Shown: positions 48,638 through 58,846, numbered from the stretch's first letter. The stretch is DNA of 59,484 nt from Gemmatales bacterium (GCA_025056555.1 JANWVZ010000001.1:1-59484); one strand, 5' to 3'. Notes: a model not told the origin generated them from the sequence alone. Program-made: numbers and translations.

Positions 48638-48850
48638 ATGCGAAAGGGAATGTGGCTGGTAGTTCTCCTGGCTGGTTGTCAGACCCTGGTCACTCCCCTG
48701 GAGCCTCGCCGACGAGAACGCGCTGACGATCCCCTGCTGACTACGCAGGAACAGGCGCGCCGCGCTCGTTACCTCTACGCCTTTCCCGACACAGAACTTG
48801 GCCCCCGTTCAGGTCCGGAACGTCCTGTCGCCTCGGCATTAGCACCGTGA
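48638..48850 (+). CDS. small lipoprotein (hypothetical)
   Basis: ATG 48638 is 7 nt after GGAGGA. MRKGMWLVVLLAGCQ has a lipobox (LLAGC). Confidence 0.5.
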   Translation: MRKGMWLVVLLAGCQTLVTPLEPRRRERADDPLLTTQEQARRARYLYAFPDTELGPRSGPERPVASALAP

Positions 48851-48958
48851 GAAGTTCCCGCTGTCACCGAAGCGTCCCAGTCGTGGGTTGCCAATCCCGC
48901 CTGAAGCAGATACCGTTACTGGCAAGCAGTTGCTCTGCTTCACCAAAGGAGACGTAGC

Positions 48959-49372
48959 GTGTCTCGCAGGGTGGTAGTGTGGCTGGGAGTAAGTCTCCTG
49001 GGAATGGGATGTCAATCCGTCGAGAAGCGGGGGGTCGAACCCCTGCCGACCCACGCAACGACGATCCCCTACGCGGACCTGGTGGAACATGCGCGCCGAC
49101 AGCTTTGGGCCGCTCAGGAAATTTTCTACCGCGACCACTGGGACGAACTTACCAAAGCAGGCGAAACCCTCCAAGAAACCGCACAGCACCTGCTTCGCGT
49201 TCCAGCTGAGCGGGTACCCCCTCGTTGCCGCGACCTTTGGCCCAAACCGGCCGAGGAATTCCGCACCGCGGCCGAGCAACTTCGTAATTGCGCCCGCCAG
49301 CAAGATGCCATTCAATGTGCCCAAGCCTTCCAGAAACTTCATCTTGTCCTTCGACAAATTCGGCCGGACTAA
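48959..49372 (+). CDS. small lipoprotein (hypothetical)
   Basis: GTG 48959 is 7 nt after AGGAG. MSRRVVVWLGVSLLGMGCQ has a lipobox (LGMGC). A 172-aa ORF on the opposite strand overlaps it but has no comparable start signals. Confidence 0.55.
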   Translation: MSRRVVVWLGVSLLGMGCQSVEKRGVEPLPTHATTIPYADLVEHARRQLWAAQEIFYRDHWDELTKAGETLQETAQHLLRVPAERVPPRCRDLWPKPAEEFRTAAEQLRNCARQQDAIQCAQAFQKLHLVLRQIRPD

Positions 49373-49513
49373 CCAACCCTGTGCTTACTTCCCTGAGTCT
49401 TGCTGGGGAGCTTACTTCGACTAGCATTCTCCCGCTGGTCATCGGTTTGCTGCCGATGCCCCAAATCTCAATTAGACCTTGGACCAGGAGTCATCGCTCT
49501 GGAGTGATTTGCC

Positions 49514-49786
49514 GTGCCTCTGCGACCGATTTTTCCCTTCTGGTTACGTCAGCGTCAAATTCAAGCCGAATTACTCAATGAACACACCCTGAAACTCCAA
49601 GGGCCGAATCTGCCTCCGTGTGAGCTTCGCATTGAAGCGGAGGAAGACGGCCAGCATTGGCGCGCCGTCTTGGTTCGGGTCAATGGCGAGGCCCGGATGA
49701 TCGCTGCCGCGCGAGCCGCAGAAGACCACCCTCAGTCCGCCTGGCAACTGGGATTTGAGTTGTATCGTAAGCACGTGGTCAATTAG
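49514..49786 (+). CDS. hypothetical protein
   Basis: 90-aa ORF with a GTG start and GGAG about 9 nt upstream. No motif recognised. Confidence 0.35.
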   Translation: MPLRPIFPFWLRQRQIQAELLNEHTLKLQGPNLPPCELRIEAEEDGQHWRAVLVRVNGEARMIAAARAAEDHPQSAWQLGFELYRKHVVN

Positions 49787-49900
49787 CAACGTCCTCTGTC
49801 ACGCTTATCCCCCAAATCAGTTTGAACAATCGCCATCTTGTTCCACGTTTGAGGTTCGTAGGGGAGTACGGAACCACGACGTGGCCTAGCCAGGATACAC

Positions 49901-49928
49901 TTGCCGTTGCCGCTTGAGAAGTTAGAAT
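49901..49928 (+). promoter_or_regulatory. possible sigma-70-type promoter for tRNA-Ala
   Basis: TTGCCG (49901-49906), 16-nt spacer, TAGAAT (49923-49928). It lies 42 nt upstream of the tRNA 5' end. Confidence 0.3.
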
Positions 49929-49969
49929 TAGATGCCACCCGAATGAAACTGAATGCCGCATGAACCACT

Positions 49970-50042
49970 GGGGGGTTAGCTCAGCTGGGAGAGCGCGTGA
50001 ATGGCATTCACGAGGTCAGGGGTTCGAATCCCCTACCCTCCA
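49970..50042 (+). tRNA. tRNA-Ala (anticodon GGC)
   Basis: Hand-folded cloverleaf: acceptor GGGGGGT/ACCCTCC with the G3:U70 Ala identity pair, D stem GCTC/GAGC, anticodon stem CGTGA/TCACG with loop ATGGCAT, T arm AGGGG-TTCGAAT-CCCCT, discriminator A. CCA is not encoded. Confidence 0.93.
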
Positions 50043-50601
50043 TTCGACCGTCACTTGCCTGACAATCGGCAGCCCTATGGTCGGACGGACGAGCAAACCG
50101 TCGCAATTTCCTGCGTTCTCCTAACATTTGTGCACGGGTTGAGCCAAAGCCGTGTTGACTAATCCTGATTGTGATCCTCCTGCGGATTGACTCACCGAAC
50201 GGTTTCGCCAACACGGTTTCTTCCATTCCTCCCCGGCTAATGCTGGTATCTCACGCAGCAACCATGTCCTTCCCGTTGAAAGTCCCCACACCTCTATGCT
50301 CTCATCACTAGACCACCCTTCACGTTCCCGGCTTATCACGCAACTGGACAGGAGCATGGGCTGCGCCAGATCAGCCAACGATCTATCAGGATTTTGTCAT
50401 TTTTGGGCCGAGGCACTCGCTTGATCTATTAGAGGCCAATGAGTCCGACTTCCAGAAGCAAGTGAGCTGCCCACTCTTGAGCTAGGAAACGGCGACTGAA
50501 GGTCAGCTCATTCGCCTCGCAGATGCGGTCCAGCACCGGCGCTGACCGCCAGCATCCCCTTAACCTCGGCCCAATCGGCCATAATCAACGGAGACTCCAC
50601 C

Positions 50602-51057
50602 ATGCTGCGCAGGCTGTGTTTTGCATGGATGCCGCTCGCTCTTGCCTTAGCACTGCCCATGACCAACAGTCCAGGAAACTGTGTGCACGCCGACGAGTTG
50701 CAAACCAGGAGATATATTCAACGTGCCCTGAACATACTTGCTTATTACGAAGACGTGATTGTGGTGCAAGCGACCTTCGGGAACGTTATGGGGGTCGGCC
50801 TAGCATATAGGAGCTGCGCGTGGGAGCTGGGCACCTTGCCGAGGTACGGTGTTGATCCCGATGTGGCCCGATTCATCTGGGTTTCTGCTGGCGTTTTAGA
50901 TTCCTATGGAGCTGCAGTGATGGAGTTGAATAACCCTTTGATTCCACCGCAATTCAAGGCCTTGCGCTTGATGGAACTGGCTGGTCGAATGAGAATCTTG
51001 CGTTCGGAAATTGACCGCGCACTCGAATCTGATTATCGGCGTTCTACCGATTACTGA
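50602..51057 (+). CDS. secreted hypothetical protein
   Basis: ATG preceded by GGAG. Signal peptide MLRRLCFAWMPLALALALPMTNS. Lies in a low-GC stretch. Confidence 0.6.
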   Translation: MLRRLCFAWMPLALALALPMTNSPGNCVHADELQTRRYIQRALNILAYYEDVIVVQATFGNVMGVGLAYRSCAWELGTLPRYGVDPDVARFIWVSAGVLDSYGAAVMELNNPLIPPQFKALRLMELAGRMRILRSEIDRALESDYRRSTDY

Positions 51058-51273
51058 TTTTGGAACGCGCGGCGCGGCAATGGCCATGGCAATCCTAATA
51101 AGCACGGTCAACGATGGACAACGTGCCTGATTGTCTATGCCATCTATGCCACCACGCAAATCCTTTTGCGAGCCTCGGATGAAGGTGAAAGTACTCTGAC
51201 TGGAAAACCCGCTGACACTCACGCACTTGGGGAATAATAACCGCAAGCACAAGGTGTTCAGAAGGAGACAGTC

Positions 51274-51750
51274 ATGAGCAAGTACCTGAGCTGCAAACTC
51301 ATAGTGGCCACAGTGGTCAGCATCGGTCTCCTGCCGTGCACGCTTGGCCGCGTCTCTGCGGGGGACGTTTACAGTCCGTACTCGAGAAAGCTTATCATCC
51401 CGCGTGAAGCAAATTGGAACGCATTACCCCCACCCGATAACACCCGACACTCCCACCTGGGGGGCGACAGGCCCTTCAGTAACCACCTAAGTTACGGCAC
51501 TTTCCGGACCTCCCCCATGCGAAGCCGATGCTTCCGCTGCGGCAGCGAGCATTGCCAAGGGGAGTGTTTCAAGAGAGACCACGCCCTTTTTGCCGCCTAT
51601 TACGCTTCGCGGTATCCCGTCGCTGGTTGGCACACACCTGATCACGGCAGGACTGCTTCAAGGTCAGGAGGAGCGGGAGCGGCTATAGCTGGCGCAGGAG
51701 CCCTGGGGCTTAGTGGCTTATTCGGCCGGCGACGCAACCTCGAGCCATAA
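51274..51750 (+). CDS. secreted hypothetical protein with Cys/His knuckle-like motif and Gly/Ala-hydrophobic, Arg-terminated C-terminus
   Basis: AAGGAG precedes the ATG. Signal peptide MSKYLSCKLIVATVVSIGLLPCTLG. CFRCGSEHCQGEC motif. C-terminal GAGAAIAGAGALGLSGLFGRRRN. Confidence 0.6.
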   Translation: MSKYLSCKLIVATVVSIGLLPCTLGRVSAGDVYSPYSRKLIIPREANWNALPPPDNTRHSHLGGDRPFSNHLSYGTFRTSPMRSRCFRCGSEHCQGECFKRDHALFAAYYASRYPVAGWHTPDHGRTASRSGGAGAAIAGAGALGLSGLFGRRRNLEP

Positions 51751-52046
51751 CAGATGATGCGTCCGAGAAACTGTGCGTCAAAAGTAGATTAAGTTTTCTC
51801 CACCGCACGGGCATTACAATGCCCCAGAAGGTCAACCAGTTAACGATACCCGAAGTAAACGGAGGCAGTCGGACACTGAGAGACACCTTGAGATTAAGGT
51901 TTCGGTTTTTCCGACTAGGAAGGTCTGAATGGTCAACGGCACGAATGTCGCAGGAGACGACACGATTTCGCGTCAGTTGGGATTCGGGCTGACCGGATTT
52001 TGGGGCCTGGTTCGGTGAGTACGGCAGTGAACTGCGACAGTATGCG

Positions 52047-53513
52047 TCACCTGGGCGGAGATGGAACGGTTGGACAGCGTTGACGGAAGGCTTGCAGAAC
52101 CCGTCGGGGCTGGCCCGCTTCGTCGAACAACCCACCGTTGGGCACCAGGTGAGGGACGGCATCGGTAACGTCGCACCAAGTGATGCGTTGCACATCGGGA
52201 TGGGCTAACGCCAGATCGAGCAGGGCAGATGCCCAGGCGGCTTGCCAGTCTTCTGAGGCGGGCGCAAACACTTCCTGGTCTGGTGGGTCGGCGCGGCTAT
52301 CGCTGCGGACACTGGCAGGCAGGCCTAGGTTGAGGTGTAAAGGGAGTTGATTGTCGGCAAACCAATCAAAGAGATGGCGAATGCTCCAAGGGGAACGCAA
52401 GAAACTTCCCCGCGGCTCACAGCCGAAAATCAATTCCACCTCGAGGGTGTTAATGCCCAAGTCGGCGCGGCTCAACCAATCGGCCAACAGCAGGGGGATG
52501 GGTTGCTGGGACGCGCGATGCGCCTGCTCGCCCCAGGGTTGCGCTAAGCCGACACTCACCCGCTTGCCAGTCAGGAAGCGTTTTACCGGGCGAAGTAATC
52601 GGCTAAGAAAACTCATGCCCGCCTCCAGGTTCAGTTCGGTGGGAAAGAAATTGATCGCCGCGGCAATGTACCAATCATGGACCCCCTCTGCATAGGTACA
52701 CACTCGGCTCAGAAAGAGCGTGGCCTTTTCGAGGAAGTGGTTTTCATCGTGGAAGGTCCGCCAAAGCTCATAGAAGCGTGCCGACGCAAAATCAAAGAAA
52801 GGCCCCAAAGAAACTTGCCAGCCTTGCTGCTGGATGCGCCGCAGCAGCGTATCCAGGTGCCGCCAGTAACTTTCCTGCTCACACGCCTGGGGGTCGAAGG
52901 GGAAGGCCAGCTGAATTCCGTGGAAAATCGGACGTAACTGAGCTAAATAGTCTCCAACCCAGGGCGTCTCCGCAGACCAGCCTGCGTAGAAAGGGACAGG
53001 TGAACATTGCTGTCGAGCCTGAGCCAGGAGCCGTGCCTTCTCCAGGGTAAGGGCTTGGCTTGCAGCCATGGCCCGGTGCAGAGCGTGGCGTGCGCAGGCC
53101 AACTTGGTGGAATCATCCGGGTGGGCGGAGGTGAGTAGCTGGTGAATGCCCTGGCGCAAGTTTGTGTGCAACTCTGCGGGCAGGGTCAATCCCAACTCTT
53201 GCCACTCGCTCACCAGGCTGCGGACGCGATGGAGCTGAGCACGGGCCAACTCCCGCACCAACTCATACACCCGCGGCCCGGGCAATAGCGTTGTCGTAGG
53301 CAGCATCCAGATTTCCTGGCCAACCAACCAGGGAACGCAAGCCGACACCGCGCCGCGAGTTTCCAAGGCGCTGAATACCAAGAGGTGGTCTTCGATCGTA
53401 ACGGTGGAGCTGAGCGGAACACATTCCGCTCCCCGCACCAGATAGGCGTAAGGCAACCATCGGCGGACAGTATCGGGCAGATCGGAGGGCAAGCGGAAGC
53501 GCAAGGCGCTCAT
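52047..53513 (-). CDS. hypothetical protein (488 aa)
   Basis: Start set at ATG 53513 (AAGGA upstream). Coding-like composition with no spurious low-complexity stretches. No motif that I can name. Confidence 0.65.
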   Translation of the reverse strand: MSALRFRLPSDLPDTVRRWLPYAYLVRGAECVPLSSTVTIEDHLLVFSALETRGAVSACVPWLVGQEIWMLPTTTLLPGPRVYELVRELARAQLHRVRSLVSEWQELGLTLPAELHTNLRQGIHQLLTSAHPDDSTKLACARHALHRAMAASQALTLEKARLLAQARQQCSPVPFYAGWSAETPWVGDYLAQLRPIFHGIQLAFPFDPQACEQESYWRHLDTLLRRIQQQGWQVSLGPFFDFASARFYELWRTFHDENHFLEKATLFLSRVCTYAEGVHDWYIAAAINFFPTELNLEAGMSFLSRLLRPVKRFLTGKRVSVGLAQPWGEQAHRASQQPIPLLLADWLSRADLGINTLEVELIFGCEPRGSFLRSPWSIRHLFDWFADNQLPLHLNLGLPASVRSDSRADPPDQEVFAPASEDWQAAWASALLDLALAHPDVQRITWCDVTDAVPHLVPNGGLFDEAGQPRRVLQAFRQRCPTVPSPPR

Positions 53514-53636
53514 CGAAAATCCTTTGCCCACAGCGACAGCGCACACCTTTCCGATATCGCCCTGGCGGGCACATCCATTGGTGTGGCGGCTGGGACAGGA
53601 ATCAGGGCCTGAAATGTGATCCGCGGTTGCTGACGG

Positions 53637-54968
53637 CTAGGAGCCGTGCCACGGCGGCAATTTCTTGGGCAGCGGAAATTTTTTCAGCTTGACGTAGTTC
53701 GGTAACCCAAATTCATCTTCGGGAATTTCCACCCGTCCCTGTAACAACGGGCGAACGTAATCCAAGAATTGTTGGGTCACGAAATAACCGTCGGCACTGA
53801 TGAAACGGTCTTCCAGATAGCGAGTCTGGTTGGCGACCATCTTCAGATCGATGAGACAGGGTCGAGCTTCGTAGGGGTCCTGGAAGTTTTCACGTGGCTT
53901 GAAGCCAACCGTGTAGCCGCTGGCGCCTTCCAGAACCGCAAAGCGAGCTGCCGCTTCGCCCAGGAAAACGGCTTCGTCGCGGTCGGTTTTGGACATGAAA
54001 TGCCCGGCATTACGCTGACTGGTTCCGGGGAGATTAAAGCGTGCCCGCACTGCGTCTTTCAAGCTGCCCTGCCACCATGGAGCGATAGCGGTGCCCTGAA
54101 TAGATAAATGGCGTTCGATTTCATCGCGCAAATAAGCCGCCGCTCCTCCTAACTGCTTGTGCCCAAATGCATCTTGCCGAAGTGAACCGCCCCCGCGCTG
54201 GAGTTCTGCGTAAAGCTGGTTGTTCGGATCCCGAATACCTTCACTGACGACGAGTAGAACTACTTTATGGCGGGCGAGAAGGTCTTCGAGGTGAACCAGG
54301 AACCGGTGCATCTTCAGCGGGCGTTCCGGGAGCAATATCGCATGGGGGGCATCGTTTTCAGTGCGGCGAGCCGCAGCGGCAGCAGCGGCCAGCCAACCGG
54401 CGTGGCGGCCCATCGCTTCGATCAACACGACCTGATGCTGCGTAGCCATGGCTTGAGCATCCAACCAGGCTTCACGCACGAGCGTGGCTAAGTATTTTGC
54501 AGCGCTTCCATATCCCGGACAGTGATCCGTACCCACCAAATCATTATCAATCGTCTTCATCACTCCCAGCACGCGGATCGGATAACCTTTTTGTTGCGCC
54601 AACTGGAACACCTGTAGTGCGGTATCTGCGGAATCGTTGCCCCCGATATAGAAGAAGTAGCGAATGTCATGAGCGTCGAATACGCTCAGGATGCGATCGT
54701 AATCGGCTTCTTTCACGCGGTAACGACAGGAACCGATGGCCGCAGCCGGCGTCCACTGTAAACCGCTCAACACAGCCTCGTGCTCGTTGCCGAGATCAAA
54801 TAATTCCTCGTGTAGCACGCCCAGAATGCCGTTGTCCGCGCCGTAAATGTGCTTGATACACTTGTGATTACGCAATTCCCGGATCAGGCCGTAAGCCTGG
54901 GCATTGATCACGGCAGTAGGACCGCCAGACTGCGCGATCAAAGCATTACCCGACAATGGCGCTGCCAT
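53637..54968 (-). CDS. pfp: pyrophosphate-dependent 6-phosphofructokinase (PPi-PFK)
   Basis: PFK family motifs SGGPTAVINA, YIGGNDSADTA, MKTIDNDL, IEAMGRHAGWLA. The Asp in GGND and the Lys in KTIDND are the residues that distinguish PPi- from ATP-dependent enzymes. Confidence 0.88.
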   Translation of the reverse strand: MAAPLSGNALIAQSGGPTAVINAQAYGLIRELRNHKCIKHIYGADNGILGVLHEELFDLGNEHEAVLSGLQWTPAAAIGSCRYRVKEADYDRILSVFDAHDIRYFFYIGGNDSADTALQVFQLAQQKGYPIRVLGVMKTIDNDLVGTDHCPGYGSAAKYLATLVREAWLDAQAMATQHQVVLIEAMGRHAGWLAAAAAAARRTENDAPHAILLPERPLKMHRFLVHLEDLLARHKVVLLVVSEGIRDPNNQLYAELQRGGGSLRQDAFGHKQLGGAAAYLRDEIERHLSIQGTAIAPWWQGSLKDAVRARFNLPGTSQRNAGHFMSKTDRDEAVFLGEAAARFAVLEGASGYTVGFKPRENFQDPYEARPCLIDLKMVANQTRYLEDRFISADGYFVTQQFLDYVRPLLQGRVEIPEDEFGLPNYVKLKKFPLPKKLPPWHGS

Positions 54969-55503
54969 AAAGCGTTCTCCCGGTTGTCAGACGCAGGTTA
55001 TGTAAGGAGTTCCTTTCCACCAGAAATGATACTCAACTTGACGGTTACGAAAAGCCTCGCCGTCGGTCTGTTCCCGACCACGGCTCCATGGGCCGACTTC
55101 TTTCGGGAGGTCGCTGTCGCTCGAATATCCCCACAGTCCGGACATGGTATTTCGGCCCCCACTGAGGCAGGCGTTGTATCAGCCACGCGAAGATTCGGAT
55201 AAACTGCTTGGTCTGCTAAGGACGTTATTGTCCGTCAGCATGCGCGCTGGCGAAGGTAGGGTGAGGTAATTCGCTTCACCAGAGAAGCTTTCGGCGAGCA
55301 GCGGGGCGTATTTCCATGAGCGAAGTTTTATGGGAGTTGCGCCCAGTTCGGGGCAGGCGCGCGGAAACCAGACGCCAGCCAACGCCATGAAACCGCTGCA
55401 CGCGACAGAAGCAGTTGGCAACCATCATGCCGCCAGTAGCGTCCAGCAAGACGAGCCGATCTGTTCGCGAGATTGTACGCAACCAGTTTATCTCAATCCC
55501 CTT

Positions 55504-56715
55504 TCAGCCACTATGCGCTGCATCAAACACCAGCTGTCCTGCAACATAGACATATTGAGGCAGCACCTGAGATTCGAGCAGGCTTTGGAGCGGGTTGCTG
55601 ACTCGTGAATCTGTCAAGGGCATCACGACAAAATCAGCCCACTGGCCGGGACACAACGCGCCGGTTTCTGGCCAGCCTAGAAGTTCAGCTGCTGTGTGAG
55701 TAACCCGTTGAAAAAGTTGTGCTGGCGCCAGAGGACATCCCCGGCTCCACAGGAAACGGAGTTCATTCAGGACATTCAAATCCGGATTCGAAGCAAGGCT
55801 ATCGGTACCGAAAACTACGGGCACCTCCTGTTCCAGCCAGCGTAACCAGGAGTGCGCCATATGACCAAAGTAAGCGTGGGTCCGCGGACAATACACGACG
55901 CCGGCGCGACCTTGCGAAGCCCAGACCGGCAGTACATGTTTCAGGCTCGTATCCGGATAATTGAGATGGATAAAAAGGGTCTTAGGTGCCGGCGTGATCA
56001 GGTCCAGAAGTTCATCGTAGTCGGAAATTAGTCCCCGTTCTTCCCAGACTCCCAGAGCTTCGAGCCAGTCGCGGAACGGCCCGGCGCGGCTGATCAGCAG
56101 ATCGCGTTCCTCGGCAAATTCTGCCCAGTGAATAGCTAAAGGCCAGCCACTGCGTGCTGCCAGACGGAACAAACTGCGGCGTGTGGAATACGGAGCGTGG
56201 GGACTCAAACCCAGGCGAACGAAAGTCGTTTCAGATTTGCTCGTCAGCAATTGACGGGCGGTTCGCCAGGTAGCTCGAGCGCGAGACCGCGACAAGCCCA
56301 CGACTTCTACAAACACCCGCGCCCGCAAACAGGCTCCGTTCAGGTAGAGCAACGTTTGAGGCGAACCGGCGATGTCCCCTACCAGAGTTACTCCACACCG
56401 CAGAGATTCTCGAATGCCTCGTTGAACAGCCTCAGCCACGATTTCGGGGGTCGCCTGACGACGATGGGCAATAACCTGGTTCAGCCACGCGCATGCCGCG
56501 CGAGGTAATTCTTCAGCCCGCAGAGTGGAAAGATCGAGATGTGTGTGGGCGTTCACCAAGCCCGGCAGGATTATGGCTTGTCTCAGGTAAATCTTCGCCC
56601 GCCGTGCTCGATTAGGTTCCACGGCCACAACGCGCCCATCCTCCCAGACCAGCAAGGCCTCCTCGTAAATGACGCCCTTCCCGTCGAACAACCAGCGTAC
56701 CCCGAGGTCAGGCAT
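55504..56715 (-). CDS. metal-dependent amidohydrolase (chlorohydrolase/deaminase-like)
   Basis: 403-aa ORF. LPGLVNAHTHLDLS metal-binding motif, later SPHAPYS, HWAE and GTDSLASN. Confidence 0.85.
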   Translation of the reverse strand: MPDLGVRWLFDGKGVIYEEALLVWEDGRVVAVEPNRARRAKIYLRQAIILPGLVNAHTHLDLSTLRAEELPRAACAWLNQVIAHRRQATPEIVAEAVQRGIRESLRCGVTLVGDIAGSPQTLLYLNGACLRARVFVEVVGLSRSRARATWRTARQLLTSKSETTFVRLGLSPHAPYSTRRSLFRLAARSGWPLAIHWAEFAEERDLLISRAGPFRDWLEALGVWEERGLISDYDELLDLITPAPKTLFIHLNYPDTSLKHVLPVWASQGRAGVVYCPRTHAYFGHMAHSWLRWLEQEVPVVFGTDSLASNPDLNVLNELRFLWSRGCPLAPAQLFQRVTHTAAELLGWPETGALCPGQWADFVVMPLTDSRVSNPLQSLLESQVLPQYVYVAGQLVFDAAHSG

Positions 56716-57267
56716 GATCGTGCGCCACTCCCTGATGTGGCCCCTGGCCTAATCGGGGCATTAGCCGACACAGCCGAGCCCCACGCCACCATACACTCAG
56801 CTTATTGGATCAGGTTGCCCATGCACTGATGTACGTGTTCGTCCTTGGTTTTATTCTTGCGAGCCGAGCTTGGCAGCAGGAGGTTTACACGATACTTACG
56901 CCATGAATGAAAAAGCTACCTTTCTGGAACTGGCGTAGTCTTTGTATGTCGCAGCTTCGGCCCCCAACATGAACCGTAACAGCCTGGGCAGACAATCGCC
57001 CCAACTGGCGCCGCTGCTGCCCATGTTTGGCGATCGTCGAGGTGACCGGAGGCTGGCGATTGTCTCCTAGCAACTGTGCGCGGCCTATATCTCTGCGGCT
57101 CGCAGCTGGAAAGCTGCACTCCGTTATTTGTTGCTACAGCCAGATGAACCATGTAAATTGTCTTAGTAGCCGGACTTGGTGCAGTCGCAAGAAGCCTGCG
57201 GTTGGCGAAGGAATTCCGGAGTCAGACATGACTACGGTGTACCTGAAGCAACCCTTATGATCCTCCT

Positions 57268-58188
57268 ATGAACCAGTCCACAGCACCAACGGACCGGGCG
57301 CGGATACTTCGGGTTCTGTTACACATCGAATCCTGTCTCGAAGATTCCCTGCCCCTCGACGCGTTAGCCGATCAGACCGCTCTATCACCGTTTCATTTTC
57401 ATCGGCTTTTCCGAAGCGTAGTGGGCGAACCGGTGCATCGGCATATCCGCAGGTTGCGGTTGGAGCGGGCAGCATTGTTCCTCAAGAATTCCACCGTATC
57501 CACGGTAGATTTATCCCTGACTGCGGGTTTCGATTCACGGGAGGCTTTCTCACGAGCGTTCAAAACCCACTTTGGAGCGCCGCCCCGCGTATTTCGAGAG
57601 CGGGCCACGCAGGGATTGAAACAATTGCTCCGTAAGCTTGACGGTCAGCCGCCGTTGGTCGTTCGCATTGAGGAATGGCCCAGCCAGCCCATCGTGCTGA
57701 CACGAGTGATTGGTTCGCCGTTCCGTGTTACGGAAGCATGGTGGCACTTTCTACACTGGGCCAAGCGACGCGGCCTGATTCGGCGGAACTCGCGGATCGC
57801 CCAGATTCATCACGACGACGAGATTGTCACTCCCTGGGAGAAGCATCGCACGGATTTGTGCCTGCTGGTGCCAGAACCGCTTGCGGTGCAGCCGCCCTAC
57901 GTTGCTTCCTTCTTACCTGCTGGCTGGCATGCCGTCGCTGAATTTCAAGGATCAGCTTACGGCTTATATCTGGCCTGGCTCGACCTGACCGAGCGCTGGC
58001 TGCCCGTTAGCGGCTGGCACCCAGCACACCATGGCTTCTATGACTTAGCCGATGCTGATGTAATTCCCCTTTCTCTGACGGCTGCTGCTGCTCCCTTGTC
58101 TAACGGGATTCGCTGCCAACTATGCATTCCAGTGCAACGCCGACCGTACCCCGGCTGGCCGATCCTCGTTTCCCGCGAGTTAGAGTAA
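57268..58188 (+). CDS. AraC-family transcriptional regulator with GyrI-like effector-binding domain
   Basis: N-terminal AraC HTH (LADQTALSPFHFHRLFRSVVGEPVHRHIRRLRLERAALFL...GFDSREAFSRAFKTHFGAPP). The C-terminal ~150 aa are GyrI-like. Confidence 0.85.
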   Translation: MNQSTAPTDRARILRVLLHIESCLEDSLPLDALADQTALSPFHFHRLFRSVVGEPVHRHIRRLRLERAALFLKNSTVSTVDLSLTAGFDSREAFSRAFKTHFGAPPRVFRERATQGLKQLLRKLDGQPPLVVRIEEWPSQPIVLTRVIGSPFRVTEAWWHFLHWAKRRGLIRRNSRIAQIHHDDEIVTPWEKHRTDLCLLVPEPLAVQPPYVASFLPAGWHAVAEFQGSAYGLYLAWLDLTERWLPVSGWHPAHHGFYDLADADVIPLSLTAAAAPLSNGIRCQLCIPVQRRPYPGWPILVSRELE

Positions 58189-58289
58189 TTCTCTGTGAAA
58201 CCGCAGGTGCAAATCCATATTCCGTCGATCGCGGCGCTGTACGGGCGGTGAACCGTTCCGGACGGCATATGCCCCTTGCTTTGCCTCAA

Positions 58290-58383
58290 GGCTTTCGCAG
58301 CGCGCTGGACCTGATGCCTCGGAGTCTGACAACCACGTTCTGGATGGCTTGCTTTGTTTAGAGGTTTTCGCAGCACGCTGAAC
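58290..58383 (+). repeat. two copies of a 21-nt imperfect direct repeat, 73 nt apart
   Basis: GGCTTTCGCAGCGCGCTGGAC (58290-58310) versus GGTTTTCGCAGCACGCTGAAC (58363-58383); 18 of 21 positions are identical. Confidence 0.7.
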
Positions 58384-58604
58384 TCTTTCCTTCTGCCAGC
58401 AGAAGACTGGTTGCTCCGTGATAGCAAACAATCTTGTTGCGCTGCCGAGCCATGACTCAACGAGGCCCGAAGCGATCTCCGTGGAAACACAAAACAAGTT
58501 TTCACAGCTAAGCGACGTTGGCGACAGTTCGCAAGAGCACGATCTGCACAGGGGGAGACGAGCGTAGCGGCACTGTCTTTGTTGCTTAGGCCCGGAAGGC
58601 TCGG

Positions 58605-58846
58605 AATTTTTTTCGAGAACCGCAAAAACGGTCACACGTGCACTTCAGAGCGCTGGTCTAATGGAAAAAACTGGGCAGCGTGCCCGAAACTACACCCCGA
58701 TTCGCCACCCGTCGCGGTGTCTTCTGACCAGCGACTCACCGATTCGCCTGACTACCCCTGGGGGAGCGAGAGGTGTACGGGGGAGGATCGGGCTGGAATT
58801 ATGGCGAGAAATTTTTTCGAGAGCCACAAAAGCGGTCGAATGTGCC
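58605..58846 (+). repeat. two copies of a ~38-nt imperfect direct repeat, 204 nt apart
   Basis: AATTTTTTTCGAGAACCGCAAAAACGGTCACACGTGCAC (58605-58643) versus AAATTTTTTCGAGAGCCACAAAAGCGGTCGAATGTGCC (58809-58846). Both are preceded by GGCT(C)GGAATT. Confidence 0.7.

Noticed and set aside
48839-49357. 172-aa minus-strand ORF opposite the second small lipoprotein gene.
   Set aside because: The plus-strand frame has an SD-spaced GTG start and a signal peptide with a lipobox. The minus-strand ORF has no SD and no motif. Confidence in the choice is only moderate.
50008-50226. 72-aa minus-strand ORF ending ...MEGRGFEPLTS.
   Set aside because: Its C-terminal part is simply the reverse complement of tRNA-Ala. 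No start signals.
54999-55148. 49-codon minus-strand ORF (MSGLWGYSSDSDLPKEVGPWSRGREQTDGEAFRNRQVEYHFWWKGTPYI) between the PFK and amidohydrolase genes.
   Set aside because: It is too short to judge by eye, has only a weak G-run instead of an SD, and carries no recognisable motif.
58290-58846. A CRISPR array as an explanation for the intergenic repeats.
   Set aside because: There are only two copies per family, the spacing is irregular (73 and 204 nt), the repeats are imperfect, and there are no cas genes in the window.
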